DNA from: an uncultured Lentisphaerales bacterium
GTDB lineage: Bacteria; Verrucomicrobiota; Kiritimatiellia; RFP12; JAAYLN01
Assembly: GCA_964426115.1 (NCBI GenBank)
Contig: CAYRPP010000001.1
Location: 1-25,748, forward strand
Reading direction: 5' to 3'
Length of the DNA stretch: 25,748 nucleotides
Every line of letters starts with the position of its first letter. The stretch's first letter is position 1. The position numbers and the translations under genes are program-made. Positions 9,330-19,820 of the stretch are shown here, piece after piece. The notes under the pieces are model-generated. The model had not been told where the DNA came from and made no database searches. It saw only the letters and a program-made list of their open reading frames with translations.

Positions 9330-10834
9330 GCGGCGGCACGGACATAGTAGCGGCTCCCGAGCGTCTCGAAGTGCGGCCCCAGGCGCGCCTCTCGTTCCGC
9401 CGTCTGCTGGAAGTCTGCCTGGACAGCCTGGCGCACCGGCTGCTGCGCTCGTCGGTGGCCATGGTCATCGTCCTGCTGGCCGTCGCCTTCCTGGCGTTCG
9501 TGACCGGCGAGAACGCGCTGGGGCGGGGCGCCCATGCCGCCGCCCGCGAGCGCGCCGGGCAGGTGGCCGCCTACACCCGCTTCCTACGGAAGGCCAGCCA
9601 GGTCGAGTCCGCCGAGCAACTCGTGCGCCGCGCGGACCGCATGCGCCCGGGATCGGCGGACATGTCCAACCTGGTGCGGTGGGGCGTGATGGATGTCGCG
9701 GACGCCGCCGCGTTTGTCGCCATGTGCCGCGACACGGCAGGCTATCTGGACTTCTTCGACCGGCTGCCGCTTGGGCGCCGCGTGCTGCTGGTCGAGGACC
9801 GCAAGGGCCTTGAGCTGCTCGACTGGCTGTCCGTGGCGCCGAACCTCGCGGTCTTCCGCGCGCGCTTGGCCGGCATGCCGTCCGTCAGCTTGCCGGGCGG
9901 CGCGGCGGCGCTCGACCCGTTCCTCGGCCGCTGGACGGCGTTCCGCGGACGGCTGGCGCTCGTGAACCGCAACCACGCGGACGTCGTGCGGCGGATCGCG
10001 GAGTTCGCGGGCGCCGCGGGGATCGAGGGCCGACTCGCCGAGGCCCGGCAGAACCAGGCCGTCCCCGCCTTCTTCGGGGAACTGGCCGCCCGGGGCCTCG
10101 ATATCGAGAAATCCGACATCGCGAACATCACGGAGGGCCTCGCGCAGCACCGCGATGTCAACTGGGCCTTCGGGCTGCTCAAGCAGACGCCCGTGCGCGT
10201 GGGCTGGCAGCGTGAGTACCGCGAGCAGTTCAATCCCGCCGCCGCGCTCGAAAGTCTGGCGCGACACAGCGCGCGCGTCGCGTGGATCGCGGAACGTCTG
10301 CGGAAGGCCGAACCGGCTACGGAACTCGACACGGCGCGTCTGGCGTCCGTCGCCGGGGTGTACGCGCGCAACCAGGCTGTCCTGCGCCAGGAGGAGCGCC
10401 TGGACGCGCGCTACGGCGAGGGCGGACGTACGGCCGGGCGCACGGTGTGCCTGATCGTGGTCTCCTTCCTCGTCTGCGTGGCGGGCATCGCCAACGCCAT
10501 GCTGATGAGCGTGCTGGAGCGCTTCCGGGAAATCGCCACCATGAAGTGCCTCGGCGCGCGCAACGGCACGATCGCCTTTCTCTTCATAACCGAGTCGGTC
10601 ATCGTCGGCGTGGTGGGCGGCATCGCCGGCGTGGCGGTGGGCCTGGCCATGGCCTTCGCGCGCCTGCTCGCGCAGCATGGCGGGCTGGTGCTCGCCCGCC
10701 TGCCGGGCCACGAGCTCGCCGCCATCGCGGCCGGCTGCCTGGCCTGCGGCCTGTTCCTGGCCATGCTGGCCGCCATCCTTCCCGCGCGCGTCGCCTCGCG
10801 CATGGCCCCCATGGAAGCGATGAGGATCCAGTGA
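9326..10834 (+). CDS. FtsX/MacB-family (type VII ABC) permease, small subunit
   Basis: TTG start overlaps the upstream stop (TTGA) with RBS GGAGGT at 9315-9320. TM1 after LAHRLLRS, a large extracytoplasmic domain, then FtsX motif IANAMLMSVLERFREIATMKCLGA...FITES and C-terminal LPARVASRMAPMEAMR. Confidence 0.9.
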   Translation: MSGGTDIVAAPERLEVRPQARLSFRRLLEVCLDSLAHRLLRSSVAMVIVLLAVAFLAFVTGENALGRGAHAAARERAGQVAAYTRFLRKASQVESAEQLVRRADRMRPGSADMSNLVRWGVMDVADAAAFVAMCRDTAGYLDFFDRLPLGRRVLLVEDRKGLELLDWLSVAPNLAVFRARLAGMPSVSLPGGAAALDPFLGRWTAFRGRLALVNRNHADVVRRIAEFAGAAGIEGRLAEARQNQAVPAFFGELAARGLDIEKSDIANITEGLAQHRDVNWAFGLLKQTPVRVGWQREYREQFNPAAALESLARHSARVAWIAERLRKAEPATELDTARLASVAGVYARNQAVLRQEERLDARYGEGGRTAGRTVCLIVVSFLVCVAGIANAMLMSVLERFREIATMKCLGARNGTIAFLFITESVIVGVVGGIAGVAVGLAMAFARLLAQHGGLVLARLPGHELAAIAAGCLACGLFLAMLAAILPARVASRMAPMEAMRIQ

Positions 10835-11643
10835 TGGACGGAGAAGCCATCCGCGACCAGCCCGCTGCAGCGGACGCCGCACCGGCGGCGCCCCGCCCTG
10901 CCGTCCGGCGCCATGTCAGCCCCGTCATCCTCCGCACCCGCGACGTGACCAAGGTCTATCGCCCGGGGAGCGTCGCAGTGCATGCCCTGCGCGGCGTGAC
11001 CGTCGAGATCCGTCGCGGCGAGTTCGTGTCGATCATGGGACCCTCGGGGAGCGGCAAGACCACGTTCTTCAACATAGTCGGCGCCCTGGTCGCGCCGACC
11101 AGCGGGCGCGTGCTGATCGACGAGGTCGATGTCGCCCAGCTCAACAAGGACGAACTGGCCTTCATCCGCTGCCGCAAGATTGGATACGTGTTCCAGACGT
11201 ACAACCTGGTGCCCGCGGCGACGGCCCTGGAGAACGTCATGATGTCCATGCTGTTCGCGGGCGTCGTGCCCGACGACGCGCGGCGGCGCGGCATGCATCT
11301 GCTCGAGCGCGTCGGACTGGGTGACCGATGGTTCCACCTGCCCAAGGAGCTCTCGGGAGGACAGCAGCAGCGCGTGGCAATCGCGCGCTCGCTGGCGAAC
11401 GATCCGCGCATCCTGCTCTGCGACGAGCTGACCGCGAACCTTGATCTCAAGACCGGCCAGGCCATCATCGACCTGCTGGTGGATCTGAACAAGCAGTCGG
11501 GCGTCACGGTTGTGTGCTCCACACACGACTACCGCATGATCGACAAGTCGGACCGCATTCTCTGGATCCGCGACGGTCGGATCGAGAAGATCCAAGCGCG
11601 TCACGAGATCCGGGTGCGGCTCGGCTCGGTGGAGGAGGAATGA
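10834..11643 (+). CDS. LolD/MacB-family ABC ATP-binding protein 1
   Basis: TGATG overlap at 10832-10836. Walker A GPSGSGKT, Q-loop GYVFQ, signature LSGGQQQRV, Walker B ILLCDE, H-loop STHD. Confidence 0.93.
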   Translation: MDGEAIRDQPAAADAAPAAPRPAVRRHVSPVILRTRDVTKVYRPGSVAVHALRGVTVEIRRGEFVSIMGPSGSGKTTFFNIVGALVAPTSGRVLIDEVDVAQLNKDELAFIRCRKIGYVFQTYNLVPAATALENVMMSMLFAGVVPDDARRRGMHLLERVGLGDRWFHLPKELSGGQQQRVAIARSLANDPRILLCDELTANLDLKTGQAIIDLLVDLNKQSGVTVVCSTHDYRMIDKSDRILWIRDGRIEKIQARHEIRVRLGSVEEE

Positions 11644-14600
11644 GCGTGAGGCGCGCAGATGCGGTGGGCGGCGGAGCGGGCCGCGGCGGGAGTCGGCGGG
11701 GTAGGGCACCGCGCGCCGCCAACCTGCTGCTGGGCCTGCTACTGGGTGCGGCGGCGGCCCACGGCACCGCCGGCGGCGCGCCCGTGCTGGACCCCGAACG
11801 CTTCCGGGCGCACGTTGCGGCGCTCACCCGCGAGGACCATCGCCTGGCGGGAACCCCGGAAGGCGGCCGCGCGGCCGCCTACATCGAGTCGCAGTTGCGG
11901 CAGATGCCGGGCGAGGTGTTAACCCAGTCCATCCGCTTCCCGCAGGAGATCGTCGCGCGCTGCGAGCTGCGCGCCGGATCAGGCAGCCTGGCGCTGCAGC
12001 CGCTGGCCGCCAACGGCCTCCAGCCTTGCATCACGCCGCCGGAAGGCCTGCGGGCGCCGCTGGTATACATCGGCGCCGCGCGCCTGTCCGTGTCGGACAT
12101 CAGGGACGCCGGGGCTTTGCGGTCGCGGCTGGCGGCGGCGGAAGGCGCGGCGGCGCCGTCGCCGGCGCGCCGCCTTTGGGAGCGGCTCCCGCCCGAACTG
12201 CGCCAGCCCGCGGCTCCCGACGCCACGGCGGACGGCGGGGACGCGACTTTCCGGCGCCGTCTGGCCTCCGCCATGGACCGCCTCGTGCTGGGCGACGCAG
12301 GTTTTTTCGACGCCCAAGCCTTCGCCGGCGTCTCCCTGCGTCCTGAGACCCGCACGCTGGTGGAGCAGCGCGAGGGCGGCCTAACGGCCGTACAGACGCG
12401 GCGCCTCAACCGCCTGCTGCTGGAGGACGCCTTCCCGGACATGATCACGCGGGGCGCGGACGGCAAGCGCATGGATGGCTGCATCGCCGTCGACGACCTC
12501 GGCCGCCTGGACGCCTTTGGCGATGCCTTCCGCCTCGGCGCAAGCGCCATCATTTTCATCGGGCAGGCGCGCGACAATTTCGGCGCGCCGCCCTGGTCAG
12601 CCGGCCGCCTCCCCTTCAGCGCGGACCTGCCGCGCTTCCTCGTGACCGAGGAGCAGGCGCTGGCGTCCGACCTGCTGGGCGAGGAGCAGGCGGAGTTGCA
12701 TTCACGGGTGACGTGGGAGCCCTGCGCCGGGACGAACGTTTTTCTCTGGATTCCCGGCCGCGCTCCGTCCTTCGGGCCCAACGCCGGGGAGTACGTGATC
12801 CTTTCGGCGCCGTTCGACAGCGGCGGCATCGCGCCCCGCCGCTGCCCCGACCGCGAGCGGGCGGCCAATTGCGCGGCTCTGATCGAGACCGCGCGGATGC
12901 TCGCTGCGCAACCGCCCGCGCGCTCTGTGCTGGTCGCGTTCTTCGACAACCACGCCAACTTCCTGCAGGGCGGACGCGAGTTCTATGGCGCCTTGCGGCG
13001 CGCCATCGGCCAGCGCGCGGACTACTCTTTCGAGGACTGGGAGACTTCGATCCGGGACGAGCGCGACGCCCTGGTCGGCATTCACGCGCTCTACGGGCGC
13101 GACGATCTGATCGGCGGCCAGGCTGGCAGGACGACCGACGCGCTGCAGCGCCTGGCCGACGAGGCCCGCACGCGCTACAACGCCGTGATGACGGAACTGC
13201 AGGACGCCCGCGTCGCGCATCGCAAGCTGGCGGCCGCCGCGGCGTCGGCGGGCCGCGACGGGCGCGAGCGTGAGCTGCAGGCGCGCATCGAGCAGCTCGG
13301 CCGGGAACAGCGCGCCTGGCAGAAGGTGCGCGAGAGCATCCGCGACCGGAAACCTCCCGATGCGTCGCAGGACGCGCTCGCCTGCGACTACCTGCGGATG
13401 ACCATTGAACTCGTGCGCGCGCAGATCGGCGGCCGCCTCCTAGAGCTCGACGACGATGCCCTGCGCCTCGGCGAGCAGAAGCGCCTCACGGCGCCGCTGG
13501 CCGGCGCCACCCCCGTCTGCCACGCCGCCTTCCGCTTCACGGCCGGTTCGTCTCGCTGGCTGTTCCTGCCGCACGGCCTGACGCAGCACATGCGACTGTA
13601 TGCCGCATGGATGGACCGCGTGGGCGCGGAAGGCGCGGCGGCGGCGGGGTTCGCCTGGGACACGCGCACCTCCTGGGAGGCGGCCAACGCCACGCCGCTG
13701 AGCCACGTGGCCTGGCAGACCGTCGAGGAGTGCGCGCTGGCGGAGATATTCAACATCCCTGCCGTGGCACTGGTCACGGAAATGGACCGCACCGCCGCCC
13801 AGGGCTGGCCGGACGACGCCGCCACGGGCGATCCCGACGCCATCCGGGGCCAGGCGCAGGGTTTCCTGGCCTTTCTGATGCCGCTTCTCGACGAGGCGTG
13901 GGTGTCCGTGCCCAACCGCATCCTCGCCCAGCGCAAGTTCCTGATCGAGGAGCCCGCGTGGAACGGCAGGCGGCCCGAGGGGCACGCGGTCAAGATCTTC
14001 GGCTTCGGCGACACCGAGGCCAGCACGCCCGCGCCTAACGCCCTGGTGCGCGTGATGGACGGAAGCATGCGGGCGGGATATGTCGTGATGGCCAACGGTA
14101 ACGGGCACTTCCCGCTGGCGCCGGTGTTCAACACCATCGAAGCGCCGACGCCGGCCCCTGGGGCGAGCTGGCGCTATCTGCAGCTCGAGGCGGCGAGCTT
14201 CGGCGCGGACGGCCGCATCGAGCGCATCAACGCCTGCGTGCCGGGAGGGGGCACCGCCTCCGTGGACACGGGTTGGCACCGCGCGGGGCGCTGGCGCGCC
14301 AAGGCCGAGACGGGTTACAACACGATCCTGACGCTATTCCAGGGTACACCCGGCTTTTTTTTGGGCCGGGAAAATCCCTTCGCGGGCGGATTCAAGACGT
14401 ACAGTTTCCGATTGCTGGGGGGGCTCGGCAATACGGATATCGGCGAGTCCCAGAAGCTCTGCATGCGCTACGACAATGGCATCGGCGTCTGCTGGGTCGA
14501 GCGGCCGGCGGGCATCAAGATCGTCTACAAGGATCCCCGGAATCCGGACAGCGTCCTGCTCTATGTAAACGCCACGCCGGACAACCCCCTGGGAACCGGT

Positions 14601-17066
14601 TACGGACCCGGAGTCCACGAGGAGGACACGGCTCCCCTGCAACTGGATCTCCACCAGGCCATGGCCGCCGACATGCTGGAGGTGAACGAGTCGCGGCTGG
14701 ACCGTCTGCGCCGCAAGAGCATCGTCCTGAACTACATGGAGTACCTGCACAGCCGCGCGCGCCGGCTGCGGGAGGCCCTCGTGGCGGCGCAGGCCGGCCA
14801 TCTCCATTCCCTGGCGGACCTGCATGCCGCGGTGATCGCGGCCTTCGAGCGCAACGTCTACCGGCCGGTCATGGCCACGACCGACGACATGGTCAAGTCG
14901 GTGACCGTGCTTCTGCTGCTGGCCATGCTTTTTGCCGTCGCGGCCCAGAGCCTGCTGCTCCCCACGTACAACGTCTACCGGCGCATCGGGTGCGTGGCCG
15001 GGATCTTCGTGCTGGTCTTCGCCGCGCTGTACGTGTCGCATCCCGCCTTCGCCTTCTCGGCGACGCCCGCCGTCATCATCCTGGCCTTCATCATCATGGT
15101 GATGAGCGGCGCCGTCATATGGGTGGTCAGCGACCGCTTCCGGTACGAGATCAAGAAGCTCAGGGGATTGGCGTCGGAGACGCATGCCATAGAAAACCGC
15201 GTGCTCGGCAACTTCGGCGCGGCTTTCTCGCTGGCGATCTCCGCCATGCGGCGGCGGTCGGCGCGCACCGGGCTGACCGTGGTCACCGTGCTTCTGCTCA
15301 CCTTCACGATCCTCACCTTTGTGGCCTCCCAGGCCGAGTTCGGCGTCCAGACCTTCCGCAAGGGGCCGGCGGCCGACTCCGTGTCGTCCCTGATGCTCCG
15401 CGGCGCGGGCTGGCGGGACTTCCCCGGCGGCCCCGAGCCATGGCGCGACTTCCTGGAGACTTACCACGGCGGAACCTACGCACTGCACGGGCGCTACTGG
15501 CTGACGCGTCCGATCACGACGGACATCAACGCCGACGAGGACCTGTATGTGCCGGTCCGGACGGCGGCGGGCGACAAGCATGCCGTGGCCGGCTCCATCA
15601 TGACCTTGGACCGGCAGGAGCTGGAGCGCGTTCCGGGCATCGCGGCGGTGCTGCCGCCGGAGCACCGGGAGGACTTCGCGAGAGGGGAGGGGGTCTACCT
15701 CTCCCAGGCGCTGGCCGACCAGCTAGGCGTGGCGCCGGGCGCACCGATCGTGCTCTCCGGGCTGCCGCTGCGGTTCCTTGGCGTGTTCGACGCCGCCGCC
15801 CTCCTGAAGCAGCAGCAGATCGACGGCTCGCCCCTCGCCCCCGTGAGTTTCGTGGGCACGCGCATGGCCTTCGGCGAGGCCAAGGCCAAAGGCAGCGCCG
15901 TCGGCGGATCGGATGCCCTCGCGGACATGGAGGAGGCTCTGGAGCGGCTCGAGCCTGAGGCGCTGGTGCCGGTCACTCCCGATGCGCTGGTGATCGCACC
16001 CACGGCGCTCGCCGGACCGCTGCGCCTCGCGCTGAAGGCCCTCGTCATGTATCCGGACGGCAACGGGGACGATCTCGAGCCGCTGGCGCGCGACCTGGCC
16101 ATCCTGCATCACGACGGCGTGTTCGTCAACCAGGGCGGCGAGCGCACGCATTACCGCTACGGCGACCGGCGCGGCGCGCTCGGCTCCGCCGACGTCGTCA
16201 TTCCGCTGCTGCTGGGCGGCCTGATCGTCTTCTCCACCATGCTGGGTTCCGTGGTCGACCGCGAGAAGGAGATCTACACCTTCTCCGCCCTGGGGCTTGC
16301 GCCGCGCAGCATCGCTATGCTCTTCTTCGTCGAGGCCGCCGTCTACGCCGTGCTGGGCGGACTGGGCGGCTACTTCCTGGGCCAGGTCGTCATGCGGATG
16401 CTGGAGGGGGTGGCCCGTTTCGTTCCCTTCCAGGTGCCGGAGATGAACTATTCCTCGTCCACCGTGGTGCAGACTATCCTGCTGGTCATCGCGACGGTGC
16501 TGGTGTCGACCATCTATCCGGCCGTCAAGGCCGCCCGCAAGGCCACGGCGGAGACGCTGCGGCAGTGGCGGGCGCCCGCGCCGCAGGGCAACCGGCTGGT
16601 GTTCGACTTTCCCTTCACCATCTCGCGCTACGACGTGACCGGCATCGCCTGCTTCATCCAGGAGCACTTCCGCAACCATGCCGACCGCACGGTCGGCGCC
16701 TTCGCGGCCGACCAGGCGGGCATCCGGCTGGATGCACAACACCGCCTCGCCGCGCTTTCGGCGCGAATCTGGCTGCAGCCGTTCGACCAGGGCATCAGCC
16801 AGACCTTCAACCTGACCGCTCGCCCGTCGGCCGACATCGAGGAGGTCTGCGAGATCACGCTGCACATCGAGCGCCTCTCCGGCCCCGACGCGGCCTGGCG
16901 GCGCGCCTGCCGGGTCTTCCTGACGGACCTGCGCGCGCAGTTCCTTCTGTGGCGCACGCTGGGCGACGAGGCGCGCGAGCACTACCTGGCCCAGGCCGAC
17001 GCCGTCGAGGCCCGGCTGGCGGAGCCACCCCCGGGACCGCACACCGACAGGAACGCCGAGACATGA
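11640..17066 (+). CDS. Giant (1808 aa) membrane protein: signal peptide, PA-containing M28-fold pseudo-peptidase ectodomain, coiled coils, beta domain, extra TM bundle, FtsX/MacB permease module and cytoplasmic C-terminal domain
   Basis: ATGA overlap at 11640 with RBS GGAGGAGG. M28-like RLAGTPEGGRAAAYIESQL, YVILSAPFDS and RSVLVAFF. FtsX motifs AMRRRSARTGLT and STMLGSVVDREKEIYTFSALGLAPRSIAMLFFVEA. Confidence 0.85.
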   Translation: MSVRRADAVGGGAGRGGSRRGRAPRAANLLLGLLLGAAAAHGTAGGAPVLDPERFRAHVAALTREDHRLAGTPEGGRAAAYIESQLRQMPGEVLTQSIRFPQEIVARCELRAGSGSLALQPLAANGLQPCITPPEGLRAPLVYIGAARLSVSDIRDAGALRSRLAAAEGAAAPSPARRLWERLPPELRQPAAPDATADGGDATFRRRLASAMDRLVLGDAGFFDAQAFAGVSLRPETRTLVEQREGGLTAVQTRRLNRLLLEDAFPDMITRGADGKRMDGCIAVDDLGRLDAFGDAFRLGASAIIFIGQARDNFGAPPWSAGRLPFSADLPRFLVTEEQALASDLLGEEQAELHSRVTWEPCAGTNVFLWIPGRAPSFGPNAGEYVILSAPFDSGGIAPRRCPDRERAANCAALIETARMLAAQPPARSVLVAFFDNHANFLQGGREFYGALRRAIGQRADYSFEDWETSIRDERDALVGIHALYGRDDLIGGQAGRTTDALQRLADEARTRYNAVMTELQDARVAHRKLAAAAASAGRDGRERELQARIEQLGREQRAWQKVRESIRDRKPPDASQDALACDYLRMTIELVRAQIGGRLLELDDDALRLGEQKRLTAPLAGATPVCHAAFRFTAGSSRWLFLPHGLTQHMRLYAAWMDRVGAEGAAAAGFAWDTRTSWEAANATPLSHVAWQTVEECALAEIFNIPAVALVTEMDRTAAQGWPDDAATGDPDAIRGQAQGFLAFLMPLLDEAWVSVPNRILAQRKFLIEEPAWNGRRPEGHAVKIFGFGDTEASTPAPNALVRVMDGSMRAGYVVMANGNGHFPLAPVFNTIEAPTPAPGASWRYLQLEAASFGADGRIERINACVPGGGTASVDTGWHRAGRWRAKAETGYNTILTLFQGTPGFFLGRENPFAGGFKTYSFRLLGGLGNTDIGESQKLCMRYDNGIGVCWVERPAGIKIVYKDPRNPDSVLLYVNATPDNPLGTGYGPGVHEEDTAPLQLDLHQAMAADMLEVNESRLDRLRRKSIVLNYMEYLHSRARRLREALVAAQAGHLHSLADLHAAVIAAFERNVYRPVMATTDDMVKSVTVLLLLAMLFAVAAQSLLLPTYNVYRRIGCVAGIFVLVFAALYVSHPAFAFSATPAVIILAFIIMVMSGAVIWVVSDRFRYEIKKLRGLASETHAIENRVLGNFGAAFSLAISAMRRRSARTGLTVVTVLLLTFTILTFVASQAEFGVQTFRKGPAADSVSSLMLRGAGWRDFPGGPEPWRDFLETYHGGTYALHGRYWLTRPITTDINADEDLYVPVRTAAGDKHAVAGSIMTLDRQELERVPGIAAVLPPEHREDFARGEGVYLSQALADQLGVAPGAPIVLSGLPLRFLGVFDAAALLKQQQIDGSPLAPVSFVGTRMAFGEAKAKGSAVGGSDALADMEEALERLEPEALVPVTPDALVIAPTALAGPLRLALKALVMYPDGNGDDLEPLARDLAILHHDGVFVNQGGERTHYRYGDRRGALGSADVVIPLLLGGLIVFSTMLGSVVDREKEIYTFSALGLAPRSIAMLFFVEAAVYAVLGGLGGYFLGQVVMRMLEGVARFVPFQVPEMNYSSSTVVQTILLVIATVLVSTIYPAVKAARKATAETLRQWRAPAPQGNRLVFDFPFTISRYDVTGIACFIQEHFRNHADRTVGAFAADQAGIRLDAQHRLAALSARIWLQPFDQGISQTFNLTARPSADIEEVCEITLHIERLSGPDAAWRRACRVFLTDLRAQFLLWRTLGDEAREHYLAQADAVEARLAEPPPGPHTDRNAET

Positions 17067-19036
17067 GAAGCCGGAGCGCCACACAGGATCGGGAGCTCGA
17101 GTTCTACCGCGGCCTGATGGAGCCGCCGGGCACCTTCGACGAGGGGTTCCGGTGGTCGGCCCTCATGGGCGCCATCCTGGTCGCGCTCGTGATGGTGCCC
17201 GGATCGATCTACATGAGCCTCATGCAGGGGCAGGGGGTCGGCGGCGCCGCCCAGTGGGTCATGGTGCTGCTATTTGTCGAGATCGCCAAGCGCATGCACC
17301 AGAGCATGAACAAGGCCCAGATCTTCGTGCTCTTCTACATGGCTGGCGCCGCCATGCAGATGCCCTTCTTCGGGCTGCTGTGGAACCAGTACCTGGTGCG
17401 CAGCGAGGCGGTCATCGGCCATGGCTTCGTGGAGCTGATTCCTTCCTGGGTGGCGCCCTCCGATCCCGCCGTGCTGGCCCGGCGCAGCTTCTTCCAGGCG
17501 GCCTGGCTGCCGGTGATCGGCATGGTGCTGTTCTCGCAGATCCTGTCGCGTCTCGACAACGCGATCCTGGGGTACGGCCTGTTCAAGGTCACGTCGGACC
17601 TTGAGCGGCTGCCGTTCCCCATGGCGCCGGTGGGCGCCCAGGGCATCGCGGCGCTGGCCGAGGATCTCGACCAGGCCAACCGGTCGTCGAGCAACCGGCG
17701 CTGGCGCGTCTTCTCGTTCGGCGGCGCGATCGGGCTCGTCTTCGGCCTGCTTTACCTCGGCCTGCCTACGCTATCGGATGCCCTGCTGGGCAAGTCCATA
17801 CGCCTGCTGCCGATCCCCTTCTCGGACTGGACCGGAAAGACGGCCGGGTTCCTGCCGGCCGTGGCCACGGGTTTCTCCTGCCAGCTGGGCTCCTTCATCA
17901 TGGGGATGGTGCTGCCGTTCTGGGCGGTCATGGGCAGCGTGGCCGGCGTCGTCATCACCTTCATCCTGAACCCGATCCTGTACCACACGGGACACCTCGT
18001 CTCCTGGACACCGGGCGACAGCACCGTCGAGACGCTCTTCAAGAACCGCGTCGACTTCTACTTCAGCTTCGGCCTGGGCATCTCGCTGGCGATCGCGCTT
18101 ATCGGCATCGTCAGCGTCATCCGCGGCCTGCGCGAATGGCGACGGCATGCCGGCGCGGCGGAGGCCGTCGTTCCCCCGCCGAACCGCGGTGACCTCTCGT
18201 TCCGGACCGTGGGTTGCGTGTATGCGGCGAGCACCCTGCTGTACATCCTGGTGTCCGGATGGCTGATCGGATGGCACCGCGGCGTCATGGCCGTCTTATG
18301 CGTCTACGGCTTCGTCTACACGCCGCTGGTGAGCTACGCCACGGCGCGGCTGGAGGGCATGATCGGCCAGACCGTCGAAATTCCCTTCGTCCGCGAGGCC
18401 GGCATTCTGCTGTCGGGCTACAAGGGGCTGGCGTGCTGGTTCCTGCCCATGCCGCTGCACAACTACGGCACGGCTACCATGTTCTACCGCAAAGCCGAGC
18501 TGACGGGCACGCGCTTTCCCTCGATCTGGAAGACCGAGAGCCTGCTGATCCCCTTCGTGCTCGTCAGCGCGATCTTCTACGTCCAGCTCATCTGGTCCAT
18601 GGGCGACATTCCCTCGGCGGCCTACCCCTTCGCGGAGCGCATGTGGGCGCTGCAGGCCAAGAACCAGGTGCTGCTCTATTCTTCCACCGCCGGGGGCTAC
18701 TCCCAGTTCTTCGAAGCCTTCAAGCCCGCCGTCATCGGCGCCGGCCTGGCCGCCTCGCTGGGGCTCTTCGCTGTACTGCAGGCCCTGGCCGCCCCCACTT
18801 TCCTGCTGTTCGGCGCGGTCCGCGGCCTTGACCAGACCATGCCCCACGCGATCCTTCTGGAGATGCTCGGCGCGCTCTTCGCGCGCTTCTACCTCGAGAA
18901 GGTCATGGGCGCCGGCGCGTGGCGCAAGACGGCGCCCGTCCTGGCCGCGGGCTTCGGGTGCGGCATGGGGCTCGTCGGCATGTTCTGCATCGGCGTGAAG
19001 TTCATGGCGACGGCGGTCATCAAGACGCCGTTCTGA
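17063..19036 (+). CDS. OPT/YSL-superfamily-like polytopic membrane transporter
   Basis: ATGA overlap at 17063. About 16 hydrophobic segments. OPT/YSL-type motif LERLPFPMAPVG; C-terminal PVLAAGFGCGMGL. Confidence 0.75.
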   Translation: MRSRSATQDRELEFYRGLMEPPGTFDEGFRWSALMGAILVALVMVPGSIYMSLMQGQGVGGAAQWVMVLLFVEIAKRMHQSMNKAQIFVLFYMAGAAMQMPFFGLLWNQYLVRSEAVIGHGFVELIPSWVAPSDPAVLARRSFFQAAWLPVIGMVLFSQILSRLDNAILGYGLFKVTSDLERLPFPMAPVGAQGIAALAEDLDQANRSSSNRRWRVFSFGGAIGLVFGLLYLGLPTLSDALLGKSIRLLPIPFSDWTGKTAGFLPAVATGFSCQLGSFIMGMVLPFWAVMGSVAGVVITFILNPILYHTGHLVSWTPGDSTVETLFKNRVDFYFSFGLGISLAIALIGIVSVIRGLREWRRHAGAAEAVVPPPNRGDLSFRTVGCVYAASTLLYILVSGWLIGWHRGVMAVLCVYGFVYTPLVSYATARLEGMIGQTVEIPFVREAGILLSGYKGLACWFLPMPLHNYGTATMFYRKAELTGTRFPSIWKTESLLIPFVLVSAIFYVQLIWSMGDIPSAAYPFAERMWALQAKNQVLLYSSTAGGYSQFFEAFKPAVIGAGLAASLGLFAVLQALAAPTFLLFGAVRGLDQTMPHAILLEMLGALFARFYLEKVMGAGAWRKTAPVLAAGFGCGMGLVGMFCIGVKFMATAVIKTPF

Positions 19037-19053
19037 GCAAGGAACCTTGACCG

Positions 19054-19782
<729 letters not shown>

Positions 19783-19820
19783 CCGCGCGGACACACGCGG
19801 CACGGATCAGGTTACACGGG

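Noticed and set aside
11640-11770. SRR in the giant protein's N-terminus as a Tat signal
   Set aside because: It lacks the xFLK consensus, and a polytopic membrane protein with a plain hydrophobic h-region fits Sec better.
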